64,000 bases of DNA, taken from contig CAWJSK010000002.1 of the NCBI GenBank assembly GCA_963845535.1, positions 124,160 through 188,159 on the forward strand, written 5' to 3'. The position numbers and the translations under genes were made by a program. The notes below the pieces were generated by a model. The model had not been told where the DNA came from. It saw nothing but the letters and a program-made list of their open reading frames with translations, and ran no database searches. This document shows, piece after piece, positions 9,514 to 19,705 of this stretch (positions within the stretch are counted from its first letter, which is position 1; every line of letters begins with the position of its first letter). The stretch is from an uncultured Spirochaetota bacterium (GTDB taxonomy: Bacteria > Spirochaetota > Spirochaetia > SZUA-6 > Fen-1364).

Positions 9514-11133
9514 TCAAGCGCGCGCGGTTTTCGAATCCGGCGCGAGGGGAATCCTCAAGCTGAAAGTGCTGCCCTTCCCCGGTTCGCTTTCCACGGAGAT
9601 TGTCCCGCCGTGGGCGCGGGCAATGCTTCGGACAATGGCCAGGCCAAGGCCGGCCCCCTCCGACTGCGCGCCTTTCCCGCGATAGAACCTTTCGAACACG
9701 AGGGGGAGATCATCCGAGTCCATCCCGCGGCCGGTGTCAGTCACGTCAAAACGCGCCCGGGATCCCTCCGCGGCGACCGTGACGCGGACCGTTCCTCCCG
9801 GGTCGGTGAACTTCACCGCGTTTCCGATGAGGTTCGAAAGGGCCATCTCCACGCGGTTCCTGTCGCAGGAGATCATGAGAGCCGTCCTCGGCCTTTCGAT
9901 CTCGAGGGATATCCCCTTTTCGAGCGCCGGGCCGCGCAGGCCCGAGGCCGCAGACTGGACGATGTCGGCGGCTTCGTGCCTCTCAATGGTGAGGGATGCA
10001 ATGCCGGCATCCAGGCGCGAAAGATCGAGCAGGTTGGCCGTGATCCAGTGCAGCTTCGCGATCTGCGACTGGCTTTCCTTCAAGAACTCCTGGTGCGCTT
10101 CAGGGTCTGATGCCGCGCTTCCCAGGAGCAGCTCGTTGAACGTGGCAAGCGCCGTGACGGGAGTCCGCAGCTCGTGGGAGGCATCCGCGATGAACCTCTT
10201 GAGCGCGTCGCGCTCGGCGCGCAGCTCGTCGAAGCTCGTTTCGAGGTTGGCCGCCATCGTGTTGAACTGGCCTGCCAGGGCCCCGATCTCGTCACGACGG
10301 CCTACCGTTGCGCGCGCTGCGAGGTCCCCGTTCGACATCCGCCTGGCAGTGGAGGCGAGCGCGCGCAGAGGGTCCGACAGGGCTTTGCCCATGAACAGGC
10401 CGAAGGCCACCGCGATGAGGAGGGAGCCGAGCCCGGAGAACAGCACGGCGTCCCTCATGGTGCCGATGGCCTGGGAGCTCAGACTGAGCGGGGTGGACAT
10501 CTGCACGAACCCCAGGGGGGTCGCGGGGTCCCCGATCGGCAGCGTGACGGTGAGCTGCTGGCGCGGGGCATGGGACGGCGCGCTGGAAGCCTGTTCGTCC
10601 GCGTCTTGCTCGAAGATGAACCGCCGTCCCCACGGAGTCAGCATCCTTCGCGCATACATATGGGATGTTCCCAGGGGAAGGTCGCGGAACATCGGCAGAA
10701 GCTCGCGGGGACTGGCGGAGCGGGACGACTCCGCGCCCTGGGGCATGGGAAAGATGAATGGGGCGGGAGGATGCGGCCGCGTCTCTATCTCCTGGAGCCC
10801 TGACGGTATCAGCCAGAGAAACACGTCCGGGCGGCCCGGGTCGCCGGAGTCCGCGTACACTGTCCGGTCAGCCGCCAGGATCTGAACGCGCGCGTCCCCC
10901 AGGAATGCGGACGTCGAAGCGAGGTTTTGCAGCGCAACGCGGCGAATCTGCGGCTCAAGGAACCTCTGGGCCTGCTGGGCAACCGCGTTCGCGTTCGCCC
11001 GCAGGTATTCGCCCTCCTGGCTCTCCACGTAGCGCTGCACAAAGTACAGCGCAAGCGCGCCCATGAGAGTCACGGAAAGAAGGATCAGGAGCGCGTAGCT
11101 CCCGGCCAGCTTCCATCGGAGGGACGCGCTCAT
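9514..11133 (-). CDS. HAMP-domain sensor histidine kinase
   Basis: Two TM helices, HAMP (DEIGALA..FNTMA), DASHELRTP, NLIGNAVKF, DTGRG, FERFYR, GAGLGL; ATG overlaps the PDZ gene stop. Confidence 0.93.
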   Translation of the reverse strand: MSASLRWKLAGSYALLILLSVTLMGALALYFVQRYVESQEGEYLRANANAVAQQAQRFLEPQIRRVALQNLASTSAFLGDARVQILAADRTVYADSGDPGRPDVFLWLIPSGLQEIETRPHPPAPFIFPMPQGAESSRSASPRELLPMFRDLPLGTSHMYARRMLTPWGRRFIFEQDADEQASSAPSHAPRQQLTVTLPIGDPATPLGFVQMSTPLSLSSQAIGTMRDAVLFSGLGSLLIAVAFGLFMGKALSDPLRALASTARRMSNGDLAARATVGRRDEIGALAGQFNTMAANLETSFDELRAERDALKRFIADASHELRTPVTALATFNELLLGSAASDPEAHQEFLKESQSQIAKLHWITANLLDLSRLDAGIASLTIERHEAADIVQSAASGLRGPALEKGISLEIERPRTALMISCDRNRVEMALSNLIGNAVKFTDPGGTVRVTVAAEGSRARFDVTDTGRGMDSDDLPLVFERFYRGKGAQSEGAGLGLAIVRSIARAHGGTISVESEPGKGSTFSLRIPLAPDSKTARA

Positions 11134-11906
11134 CAGAGGGTCGGCGCCGTGGCGCCTCTGTGCGGGAAGCCGTCCCACGGCAGGAACGCCATGGGGAGCC
11201 CCTGCCGGTATTCCACGCCAAGCCACGGCTTTTTCGCGTCAGGGCTCGTTCCCAAAGTGACCTTCACCTCACGGGCGTTGTCCGCGGTCTGCCGCAGCGC
11301 CCTGACGGAGAGAGTCACCATGTCACCGGGCTTCTTCTCCTGGACCATTGCGCTCAGGCTGTGGTCCCCATCGATTGTGGTCCCGTCCACGGAAAGGATG
11401 ACGTCACCTCTTTTTATCCCTGCCTTGTCCGCGGGGCTGCCGGAAACGACCCTGGCAACGAACGCGCCGTCGGAAAAGGCCCACGGCGGAACCCGGCCCT
11501 GGGGGCCGAGCATGCCGGTGCGCTCGCGTCCTTCAGGCAGCAGCAGCACTCCCATGTACGCGCGCCCGTTCTTCTCTCCCAGGGCAACGGAGAGGGTCTT
11601 CTCCGCGTCTCCGTGACGGAGCTTTACCTGAAGGGTCTCCCCTTGCTTGCGCTGGCCGACCGCCTGGCGGATGTCACTCGGGTTATTCACGGCGGTGCCG
11701 CCGATATCCGTTATGATGTCTCCCCGGACGATGCCCGCGGTCTCAGCGGGACTTCCGGATTCGACTGAAATGACGAGAACTCCGGGTTGTGACGGGTGGC
11801 CGGGGTTTGTAGTCGAGCTCGCCTGGGCAAAACCGAGAGCGGCCGTTGCTGCCAGGAGAGTCGCCGCGATCAGGAGACCGCGGCGGATGAACGCTTGTCT
11901 GATCAT
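11133..11906 (-). CDS. Exported tandem-PDZ protein without a protease domain
   Basis: Signal peptide; two V.SGSPA..AGI.RGD.I motifs. Confidence 0.85.
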   Translation of the reverse strand: MIRQAFIRRGLLIAATLLAATAALGFAQASSTTNPGHPSQPGVLVISVESGSPAETAGIVRGDIITDIGGTAVNNPSDIRQAVGQRKQGETLQVKLRHGDAEKTLSVALGEKNGRAYMGVLLLPEGRERTGMLGPQGRVPPWAFSDGAFVARVVSGSPADKAGIKRGDVILSVDGTTIDGDHSLSAMVQEKKPGDMVTLSVRALRQTADNAREVKVTLGTSPDAKKPWLGVEYRQGLPMAFLPWDGFPHRGATAPTL

Positions 11907-11945
11907 GATTCTGTTGCCTCCGCGCTGTAAGCTATCATGCGAGGT

Positions 11946-11981
11946 TTAGCGCGGCTTTAATGTCAGATTAAGTTTCGTTAA
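11946..11981 (-). promoter_or_regulatory. Putative OmpR-family direct-repeat operator upstream of the PDZ gene
   Basis: TTAA/TTAA/TTAA/CTAA half-sites at 10-11 bp spacing in a GC-rich background. Confidence 0.55.
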
Positions 11982-12699
11982 CATTGCGCTTCTGGGAAAA
12001 CATGTAACCAGTGCCCCGCACGGTGACCAGCCACCGGGGGTTCGCGGGGTCATCTTCCAGCTTTTCCCGCAAGTGCCGCATGTGGACGTCCACGGTCCGC
12101 TGGGAGTCCACCGAGTTCTCGTATCCCCAGACCAGCTCCAGGAGCGCGTCCCTGCTGAAGACCTGCTCGGGATGAGTCACGAGGTGGCGGAGGAGGCGGT
12201 ATTCCGTGGGCGTGAGCGGCACGCCATGGTCACCCCGTTCGACGCGCATGCCCTTGAGGTCCACTCGCACGTCGGCAAACGCCACTTTCTCAGCGCCGGA
12301 GGCGGAAGCCAGCTCCCCGTACGCCCGGCGCAGCGCGGCGCGCACGCGGGAGAGAAGCTCACGGAAGCTGAACGGCTTGACGATGTAGTCATCCGCGCCC
12401 AGCTCGAGGCCGACGATCTTGTCCACTTCCTCATCTCTCGCGGTGACCATGAGGATGGGCAGCGTGCGGCCCTCTTCCCGGAGGGTCTTGCACACGTCGA
12501 AGCCGCTCATGTCGGAAAGCCGGATGTCGAGGAGGATGAGGTGCGGAAGCTCTTTGGGGCTTTTCCCGCGGGCGAGCTCCAGCGCCTTCTTCCCGTTGGC
12601 TGCAAGAACCACCATAAATCCCTCGGCCTTCAGGCCGTACTCGAGCCCGCGAGCAACGGACGGTTCATCCTCGACTACCAGGATCGTTTCACCGGACAT
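11968..12699 (-). CDS. OmpR/PhoB-family response regulator
   Basis: VVEDE, LILLD, MVTAR, GADDYIVKPF, LTPTEYRLL, TVDVHMRHLREKLE, TVRGTGY. Confidence 0.95.
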   Translation of the reverse strand: MSGETILVVEDEPSVARGLEYGLKAEGFMVVLAANGKKALELARGKSPKELPHLILLDIRLSDMSGFDVCKTLREEGRTLPILMVTARDEEVDKIVGLELGADDYIVKPFSFRELLSRVRAALRRAYGELASASGAEKVAFADVRVDLKGMRVERGDHGVPLTPTEYRLLRHLVTHPEQVFSRDALLELVWGYENSVDSQRTVDVHMRHLREKLEDDPANPRWLVTVRGTGYMFSQKRNVNET

Positions 12700-12769
12700 C
12701 AAACAAATACTACGCCGGCCCGGCCGCCTTTCGCAAGGCATCCGTCACCGCGTGTTCACCGCGCGTCCG

Positions 12770-15700
12770 TCACCGCGCCGTGACAGCCGTGGCGGCGCCG
12801 TCCATAGCCGTCCCGATAGTGCTGCTGCCGCCGGTCCCGCTGCCGCCGGCCTTCTTGGGCGTGATGCCTGGGCCGAGGCCGCCGGCGAGGCCTACCGAGC
12901 CGATGGAGAGGTAGACGCCGATGTCATTCACTGGATCGAACGAGCTTGCGGCGGATGTGTCGATCCGCGCCGCCACGCCGATCAACACACCGAAGGGGAT
13001 GGCGTCGAAAGCCATCTGGAGCGTGAAGTCTCCGCCCACGTAGAGGAACGGCTCCACAGCGAATCCCTGGAAGCCGTCCCCCCACTGCGCAAGGCCCTCG
13101 GCATGGACCGCCACCCGCGCCCCTGTTGCGGCCACGCTGAACGCCAGCGGCTTGTCCAGGAGCGCAATGGGAATGGCGTAGTCGACGCTGGCAAGAGCCT
13201 GCCCGGGCACGTTTCGCGTTTCAGGGCCGGGGAAGCCGCGGGGGACCGCGAAGGAATCCGTGTACTGGCTGAACGGTCCTCCGAGCACATCAGTGGACTT
13301 CACTCCAAGGATGATCACCTGGTGCGGGATGGGGGAGGGGATATTCACGCCTGCCTGGAGCGCGAAGTTGCTCTCGGGGACCGGTGAATAGAGAACGGGA
13401 AGGCGCGTTCCGTTCTCCAGGGCCGCGCTCGCTGCAAGCGGGGAATCGAAGTCGACAGGCCCGCCGCTTCGCTGCCACTGCCAGGAGATCCCGCTCGTGA
13501 TGAACAGGCTGTTCTGCCAGCTTCCGGCCAGGGGCCCCAACGCTGCGGAAACGCTGAACGGTACAGAGGAATCCAGCTCGGCGAGATGCTCGAGCCCGAG
13601 TGACACGGAGAGCAGCCGAGCGGTGTCGAGCCGGAGATCGTTGATCACCGGGAGGCTCAACGAGACGCTGGAATCCAGGGTCTGGGAGTATTGGTCCGTG
13701 TATTGGTAGGCGAGCTGGCTTCCGACTGCCGCCACGAACGGACCCAGCGCCGAGGTGGTCGTTACCCCGCCAAACGGCTGTTGGGATGCGAATGACCAAC
13801 CCGCGTCCGCGAGCCACGTTGTTGTCCCCAGAAGGGAAGCGCCATAAGCCGCGGCGCCAAGGCCGAGCTCGACTCCGGGGGACCCGGGGCTGGTCCGGGT
13901 GACAGTGGGGAAGGGAAGCCACAGGAGCGGCGCGGGCCAGTCCGTGTACCCGTGGGAGGGGACTGAGGCGCCCGCCCATGTGAACGCCTCGGGGAGCTCC
14001 TGCTGCGCGCCCTGGTCTGCTGGAATCTGCTCCGCGCCAAGGCTGGAAAGAGGCACCGTCCTCAGGCATCGCCCATTGCTCGAATAGCTGGAATAGACAA
14101 GCGAGTCCCCGTCCACGACGGCGGAAATGACGGCAACGGGATCATCGAGGACCTTGACGACTTGCGCGCTCGAGAGGCTCGCCCGATAGAGCGAGAGGCT
14201 CCCTTCGCGGTCGGAAGAGAACAGTACGTTGTCATCGTCCAGAAAGGACGGGAAGTATTCTCCGAACGGATCCGGCCCCAGGACAGCGGCGGCCGCGTCA
14301 CGGTTCACGCTCTCCACGGGAGAGTTGCTATCCGTGAGCGCCATGGAGCCAGGGAGGAGCTTTTCGTAGTCCGCCACGTATATGTTCTGATACCCGCGGA
14401 CGTTCAGAGTGAATGCCAGGCGCCGGCCGTCCGGGGAGAAGACCGGCGTGGAGACGTTCGCCTCAGCCCAGGAGAACAGCACCCGTACCGCGCCCGTGGC
14501 CGGGTCAATGGAAACAAGCCGTGAATACGGCCCGGAGCCCTGCACTGCGACAAGACGGCTGCCGTCCGGTGAGATGCAGGGCTGCCAGAGGTGGGCGCCG
14601 CTCGTGAGCTGGGTCACGGCGCCGGTTTTGACGTCGAGCTGGAAGAGATCCGACACGATCAGCGTGTCCGCGGGGTCCAGCCATGTCTGGGTCAACGACG
14701 TGAAGTAGATGGTCTCACCGTCCGAGGTGGCGGTGAACGAAAGGCCGTCGTTGTTCACCGTGCGGATGATCTTTTCCGTGCCGTTCCGCGGGTCGTACCT
14801 GACGATGGCGGGGTAGTGGTCCAGGGGAGCGCTGAAGACGTACATCCCCCGTTTCGTGACCACCGGGTGGATCCACGTGCCGGGCTTTGCCGGGGTGATG
14901 AGCACTCCCGACGGGATTGCGGTGAAGGGCTTGTACTTCTGCTCCAGATGCGCCTTGAGGTCGGCGAATACCGCAGAGGCGCTTTTCCCCGTCACCTTCT
15001 GGATGGCAGCCCAGGGCCCGAAGAAGGGGAAATTGAGGTACTGGTCCATGATGCGCTGGAACGCATCCTCTCCGTACGCGGTCAGGATGAAGTCCACGAG
15101 GATGTATCCGCCCACATAGATGCGGCCGGCGGGAGGAAACGCGGATTCGTAGGCCGCCTGCTCGAGGCTGAAGAGCTTGTCCTCCTCCACGGGCGCTTTG
15201 TAAAACATCTCGAACAGGGGGCTTCTTCCTCGTCCTCCGTTGGTGAAGATCGTCTCCGTGTTCGTGCTCGGCCCTTCGATCATCCATCCAGGGAGGAAGG
15301 CGAAGTGCGCGCCCGCGGCGTCCGCTCCGAACACCCGGGAGAGGGCGTAGAAGAACCCCCGGTCCATGGTGGCGTGCACGTAGTGGGTCAGCTCGTGGGT
15401 CAGGAGGATTTTCAGCCAGCTCTCCGTGCGTGAGCCCATGAAGTGGTCCGTCGGGGCGGTCACGTACAGCTCGATGTGCATGGGAAGGAACGTGGTGGAG
15501 CCGTTGGCCTCGTCTATCCGTCCTCGGATGATCACCGGGACCTTCTTCGGATACGAATGAAAGAAGCCGGTGATCTTCTGGTAGATCGGCTCGCAGAACG
15601 TGAGGAGCTCGTTCACGGAGGCGCGGTCCCGCGGTTCAAGGATGAAAATGAAATGCTCGGTTTCCGCTTTCTCCCAATGCAGGGATTGTGCGTCCAGAGG

Positions 15701-15775
15701 GGAGGGCTGAAGAGCGCCCGTACCAAAACAGATCACAAGGGCGGTGAGAGCGGCGCCAAGCCTGACATCTTTCAT
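12770..15775 (-). CDS. Exported protein: gluzincin-like peptidase + TolB/PD40 propeller + probable Omp85-like barrel
   Basis: HELTH and PGWMIEG; SPDG repeats; C-terminal amphipathic strands with VPRGF...ASVDYAIPI. Confidence 0.7.
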   Translation of the reverse strand: MKDVRLGAALTALVICFGTGALQPSPLDAQSLHWEKAETEHFIFILEPRDRASVNELLTFCEPIYQKITGFFHSYPKKVPVIIRGRIDEANGSTTFLPMHIELYVTAPTDHFMGSRTESWLKILLTHELTHYVHATMDRGFFYALSRVFGADAAGAHFAFLPGWMIEGPSTNTETIFTNGGRGRSPLFEMFYKAPVEEDKLFSLEQAAYESAFPPAGRIYVGGYILVDFILTAYGEDAFQRIMDQYLNFPFFGPWAAIQKVTGKSASAVFADLKAHLEQKYKPFTAIPSGVLITPAKPGTWIHPVVTKRGMYVFSAPLDHYPAIVRYDPRNGTEKIIRTVNNDGLSFTATSDGETIYFTSLTQTWLDPADTLIVSDLFQLDVKTGAVTQLTSGAHLWQPCISPDGSRLVAVQGSGPYSRLVSIDPATGAVRVLFSWAEANVSTPVFSPDGRRLAFTLNVRGYQNIYVADYEKLLPGSMALTDSNSPVESVNRDAAAAVLGPDPFGEYFPSFLDDDNVLFSSDREGSLSLYRASLSSAQVVKVLDDPVAVISAVVDGDSLVYSSYSSNGRCLRTVPLSSLGAEQIPADQGAQQELPEAFTWAGASVPSHGYTDWPAPLLWLPFPTVTRTSPGSPGVELGLGAAAYGASLLGTTTWLADAGWSFASQQPFGGVTTTSALGPFVAAVGSQLAYQYTDQYSQTLDSSVSLSLPVINDLRLDTARLLSVSLGLEHLAELDSSVPFSVSAALGPLAGSWQNSLFITSGISWQWQRSGGPVDFDSPLAASAALENGTRLPVLYSPVPESNFALQAGVNIPSPIPHQVIILGVKSTDVLGGPFSQYTDSFAVPRGFPGPETRNVPGQALASVDYAIPIALLDKPLAFSVAATGARVAVHAEGLAQWGDGFQGFAVEPFLYVGGDFTLQMAFDAIPFGVLIGVAARIDTSAASSFDPVNDIGVYLSIGSVGLAGGLGPGITPKKAGGSGTGGSSTIGTAMDGAATAVTAR

Positions 15776-16260
15776 GAACGGATCCTTTCATAATCGACGA
15801 ACCTGTGGCGGGGCCCGCCGGACGGACCCATCGCGCCTGTCGATTCTTCAACAATCCGCCACTGCTCCCAGTGCACCTCGGGAAAGAAAACGTCCCCGCT
15901 GAAGTTGCCTTCCACGTGCGTGATGTACATCCAGCCGGCCATGGGGAGGAACAGCGCGTAGACGGAGGCGCCGCCAATGACGAAAAGCTCATCGCTGCCG
16001 GCGAGCGCAATTGCATCAGCCGCGGTGCGAGCCATCTCGCAGCCGGGCACGGAGAGGCTCTCATGACGAGTCAAGACGATGTTTCGCCTGCCCGAAAGCG
16101 GCTTTTTCAAGGATTCGAATGTTGTGCGGCCCATGACCACGGGATGTCCCATGGTGATGCTCTTGAACCGGGCCAGGTCATCCGGCAGCCGCCACGGCAG
16201 CTTCCCCGCGTTCCCGATCACATTGTTTGCTGCAACGGCCGCGATCAGGGAGACCGACAT
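15772..16260 (-). CDS. folA: Dihydrofolate reductase
   Basis: VIG..GKLPWRLPDDL..FK, MGRTTFES, RRNIVL, IGG, GDVFFP. Confidence 0.96.
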   Translation of the reverse strand: MSVSLIAAVAANNVIGNAGKLPWRLPDDLARFKSITMGHPVVMGRTTFESLKKPLSGRRNIVLTRHESLSVPGCEMARTAADAIALAGSDELFVIGGASVYALFLPMAGWMYITHVEGNFSGDVFFPEVHWEQWRIVEESTGAMGPSGGPRHRFVDYERIRS

Positions 16261-16273
16261 GGAGCGCGGTCCG

Positions 16274-17068
16274 TCAGACGGCAATTGCCCCGCGCAGCGG
16301 CGGGTGCGGCTGGTAGTCTTCTATCTTTATGTCATCAAAGCTGAAATCGAAGATCCCCTTCACCGCTGGGTTCAGGGAGAGGCGCGGAAGCGGGCGGGGC
16401 TCCCGCGTGAGCTGTGTCTCCACCTGGGAGACGTGGTTGTTGTAGATGTGGGCGTCCCCCAAGGTATGCACGAACTCGTGCGGCTGAAGACCGCAGGCCT
16501 GCGCAATCATGTGCGTGAGCAGGCTGTAGGATGCGATATTGAACGGCACGCCCAGGAAAACGTCCGCGCTGCGCTGGTAGAGCTGGCAGGAAAGACGGTT
16601 GTCCGCCACGTAGAACTGGAAGAGGCAGTGGCAGGGAGCCAGCGCCATCTTGTCGATCTCCGCGACATTCCACGCTGAGACAATGTGGCGGCGGGACCAT
16701 GGCTCAGCGCGCAGCCCCTGGACAACGGCGGAGATCTGGTCGATGACGCGGCCCTCAGGGGCCGGCCATGACCGCCACTGGCGCCCGTACACCGGGCCAA
16801 GGTCTCCGTCCGGGCCGGCCCATTCATCCCAGATGTGGACGCCGACCTCGTTCAGTGACTTGATGTTCGTCTCCCCGCGGAGGAACCAGAGAAGCTCGTG
16901 AATGATGGCTTTCGTGTTGAGCTTTTTCGTCGTGAGAAGGGGAAACCCTTCCCGGAGGTCGAAACGCATCTGGTAGCCGAAGATGCTGCGCGTGCCCGTG
17001 CCTGTGCGGTCCGCCTTGACGGCGCCGGTGTCCAGGACCTTCCTGCACAGATCGAGGTACTGCTTCAT
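16274..17068 (-). CDS. thyA: Thymidylate synthase
   Basis: [48 protein letters not shown]. Confidence 0.98.
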   Translation of the reverse strand: MKQYLDLCRKVLDTGAVKADRTGTGTRSIFGYQMRFDLREGFPLLTTKKLNTKAIIHELLWFLRGETNIKSLNEVGVHIWDEWAGPDGDLGPVYGRQWRSWPAPEGRVIDQISAVVQGLRAEPWSRRHIVSAWNVAEIDKMALAPCHCLFQFYVADNRLSCQLYQRSADVFLGVPFNIASYSLLTHMIAQACGLQPHEFVHTLGDAHIYNNHVSQVETQLTREPRPLPRLSLNPAVKGIFDFSFDDIKIEDYQPHPPLRGAIAV

Positions 17069-17083
17069 GGCATCACCTAAAGC

Positions 17084-17980
17084 TCATATGGCGTCTTCGC
17101 GATTGACCACCTTGTTCAGCGGGTACTCGATGATGCCGGTGGCGCCTTTTTCAATGAGCCGCGGAACGAGCTCCCGTACCACGGACTCGCGGATTACGAT
17201 CTCCACGGAGAACCACGCCGAATCATGCAGCTTGGCGACGGTAGGGGAGGTGAGGCTGGGGAGGAGTCCGATCACTTCCTCGAAGCTGGACTCAGGGACG
17301 TTCATCTTGATGCCGACAAGGTTCTCAGCGGCCAGGGCGCCTCGCAGGAGCAGCGCGATGTGCTGGATCTTGCGGCGTTTGGCCGGGTCAGCCATGGCGG
17401 CTTTGTTCGCGATGAGCTTCGTGTTGGTCTCCAGAAGCGTGTGCACGATCTTCAGCCCGTTGGCCCGGAGCGTCGTTCCCGTCTCCGTCACTTCGACAAT
17501 CGCATCCACCAGGCCGTCCACGGCCTTGGCCTCCGTGGCTCCCCAGGAGAACTCCACCTTCACGTTGATGCCCCGTTCGGCGAAGTAGCGCTTCGTGAAG
17601 CCCACCAGCTCGGTGGAGATGGTCTTCCCGGCGCAGTCCTCCAGGCGTGCAATGGGAGAGGCGGCAGGACAGGCGAGCACCCACTTCGCCTTGCTGGTGC
17701 TTGCTTTCGAGTAGATGAGGTCAGTCACGATCTCCACGTCAGCGTCGTTTTCCAATATCCAGTCCAGGCCCGTGAGGCCGGCGTCAAGGACGCCGTTCTC
17801 CACGTAGCGGGCCATTTCCTGCGCACGCACGAGGTTGCACGTGATCTCGGGGTCATCTATGGAAGGGAAATACGATCTCTCCGAGGTGGTGATCTTCCAC
17901 CCCGCCTTCTGGAACAGCTCTATGGTTGCCCGTTCGAGGCTGCCCTTGGGGACCCCGAGCTTGATGATGTGGTCCTTCAT
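17084..17980 (-). CDS. hisG: ATP phosphoribosyltransferase, long form
   Basis: [36 protein letters not shown]-terminal SPTV regulatory domain. Confidence 0.96.
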   Translation of the reverse strand: MKDHIIKLGVPKGSLERATIELFQKAGWKITTSERSYFPSIDDPEITCNLVRAQEMARYVENGVLDAGLTGLDWILENDADVEIVTDLIYSKASTSKAKWVLACPAASPIARLEDCAGKTISTELVGFTKRYFAERGINVKVEFSWGATEAKAVDGLVDAIVEVTETGTTLRANGLKIVHTLLETNTKLIANKAAMADPAKRRKIQHIALLLRGALAAENLVGIKMNVPESSFEEVIGLLPSLTSPTVAKLHDSAWFSVEIVIRESVVRELVPRLIEKGATGIIEYPLNKVVNREDAI

Positions 17981-18360
17981 TTCTTCTCCCCGTAAACGTC
18001 TTCGGGGTTGAAGACTTTCACGCCGTCCACCCGTTCAACGCCTTTTTCCACCACGCGGAAGAAGCAGCTCCTGTAGCCGGTGTGACAGGCGGCATCTCCG
18101 ACCTGGCGAACCCGGGCCAGCACGCAGTCCGAGTCGCAGTCGATGCGAAGCTCCTTCACTTCCTGCACATTGCCCGAGCTTTCCCCTTTCTTCCAGAGCT
18201 TGCTCCGGGACCTGCTCCAGTAATGCATGATCCCCGTCTTCTGAGTCAGCTCCCATGACTCCTTGTTCATGAAAGCCACCATGAGGATCTCGCCGGTCTG
18301 CCAGTCCTGCGCCACGGCGGGAACCAGGCCGTCGAGCTTTGTGAAGTCCAGCTCTACCAT
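17977..18360 (-). CDS. hisI: Phosphoribosyl-AMP cyclohydrolase
   Basis: [48 protein letters not shown] before ATG 18360. Confidence 0.95.
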   Translation of the reverse strand: MVELDFTKLDGLVPAVAQDWQTGEILMVAFMNKESWELTQKTGIMHYWSRSRSKLWKKGESSGNVQEVKELRIDCDSDCVLARVRQVGDAACHTGYRSCFFRVVEKGVERVDGVKVFNPEDVYGEKK

Positions 18361-18374
18361 GGAAAAGTCTCCTC

Positions 18375-19628
18375 TTACAGCGAGATGTCGGTGCCGCGCC
18401 GCCGGAAGCCTTCCTCGCGGCCGTAGATGAGGCCGTACGTGTCGATTGCGATCTGCAGCTCCTCGTTCGTGGGCACCACAAGGATGGCGATGGGCGAATA
18501 CGGCGCGGAAACGATCCCCTCCGCGGAACCCAGCGACACGTTCCCTGCGTAGTCCATGAATATACCGAGGTTCTCCAGGCGATGGCAAATCCTTTCCCGC
18601 ATCCGAATGCCGTTCTGGCCGATCCCGCCCGTGAACACGAGCGCGTCCACCTTGACGAGGTTGGCCACATAGGCGCCGATGTATTTTCGCACGCGGTAGG
18701 CATAGACCTCCAGGGCCTGCGTGGCCCGGAGGTTGCCCTTGGTTGCCTCAGACTCCAGGTCTCGAAGGTCGTTGGAGATGCCCGAAAGCCCCAGCAGGCC
18801 GCTCTTCTTGTTGAGAAGGGAGTTCACCTCCGCGGAGCTGTACCCCCGTCTTTCCAGGAAGTCCACGATTGCAGGGTCGATATCCCCGCTGCGCGTCCCC
18901 ATCATGAGGCCTTCCAGGGGCGTGAATCCCATTGAGGTATCCACGGACTTGCCGTGCTCGATTGCCGTGACCGAGGCGCCGTTGCCGAGGTGGCACGTGA
19001 TGATGTTCGTGTTCTCCGGGAAACGGCGAAGCAGCTCCAGGGCGCGGGATGCCACGTAGCGGTGGCTCGTGCCGTGGAATCCGTACCGGCGGATCTTGTA
19101 CTTCTCATACAGCTCGTACGGGAGGCCGTAGAGGTAGGCGGCGGGAGGCATGGTCTGGTGGAACGCCGTGTCGAACACCGCGACGTGCTTCACCTTCGGG
19201 AGCAGCGACATGGCCTCGCGGATGCCAATGAGATTGGGGGGGTTGTGCAGCGGGGCAAGCTCCGCGTTCTTCTCCACCGCGGCAATCACCGCGTCATCAA
19301 TGATCACCGAGTTGGCGTACTGCTCACCCCCGTGCACCACCCTGTGCCCGACCCCCGCAATGTCCTCCATGCGTGCAAGCACGCCGCGCGCCTTGTCCGT
19401 GAGCGCTTCCCGGACCAGCTCCATGGCCGCCTTGTGGTGGGGCACCTGCGTCTCATGGACGTACTCTTCCTTGGGAGTCTTTTGGGAGATTTTTCCCTTC
19501 AGCTCCCCGATCCTTTCCACCATTCCGCGGCCAAGACTGACGCGGTGAGGCATCTGCCAGACCTCGTACTTCAGCGATGAGCTTCCGCAGTTGATGACCA
19601 GTATTTTAGTGTCCGATTCTTCCTGCAT
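18375..19628 (-). CDS. ackA: Acetate kinase
   Basis: LVINCGSSSLKY, GHRVVHGG, LAPLHNP, FDTAFH, RRYGFHGTSH, TSMGFTPLEG.MMGTRSG, TNEE. Confidence 0.96.
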   Translation of the reverse strand: MQEESDTKILVINCGSSSLKYEVWQMPHRVSLGRGMVERIGELKGKISQKTPKEEYVHETQVPHHKAAMELVREALTDKARGVLARMEDIAGVGHRVVHGGEQYANSVIIDDAVIAAVEKNAELAPLHNPPNLIGIREAMSLLPKVKHVAVFDTAFHQTMPPAAYLYGLPYELYEKYKIRRYGFHGTSHRYVASRALELLRRFPENTNIITCHLGNGASVTAIEHGKSVDTSMGFTPLEGLMMGTRSGDIDPAIVDFLERRGYSSAEVNSLLNKKSGLLGLSGISNDLRDLESEATKGNLRATQALEVYAYRVRKYIGAYVANLVKVDALVFTGGIGQNGIRMRERICHRLENLGIFMDYAGNVSLGSAEGIVSAPYSPIAILVVPTNEELQIAIDTYGLIYGREEGFRRRGTDISL

Positions 19629-19705
19629 AGAGGCCTCCGCGATGTGTGAGAACGCCTCCATTGGTACCAGAAACAGGGCTTCTGTGCTATCTCTAGTCCC
19701 AGAGT

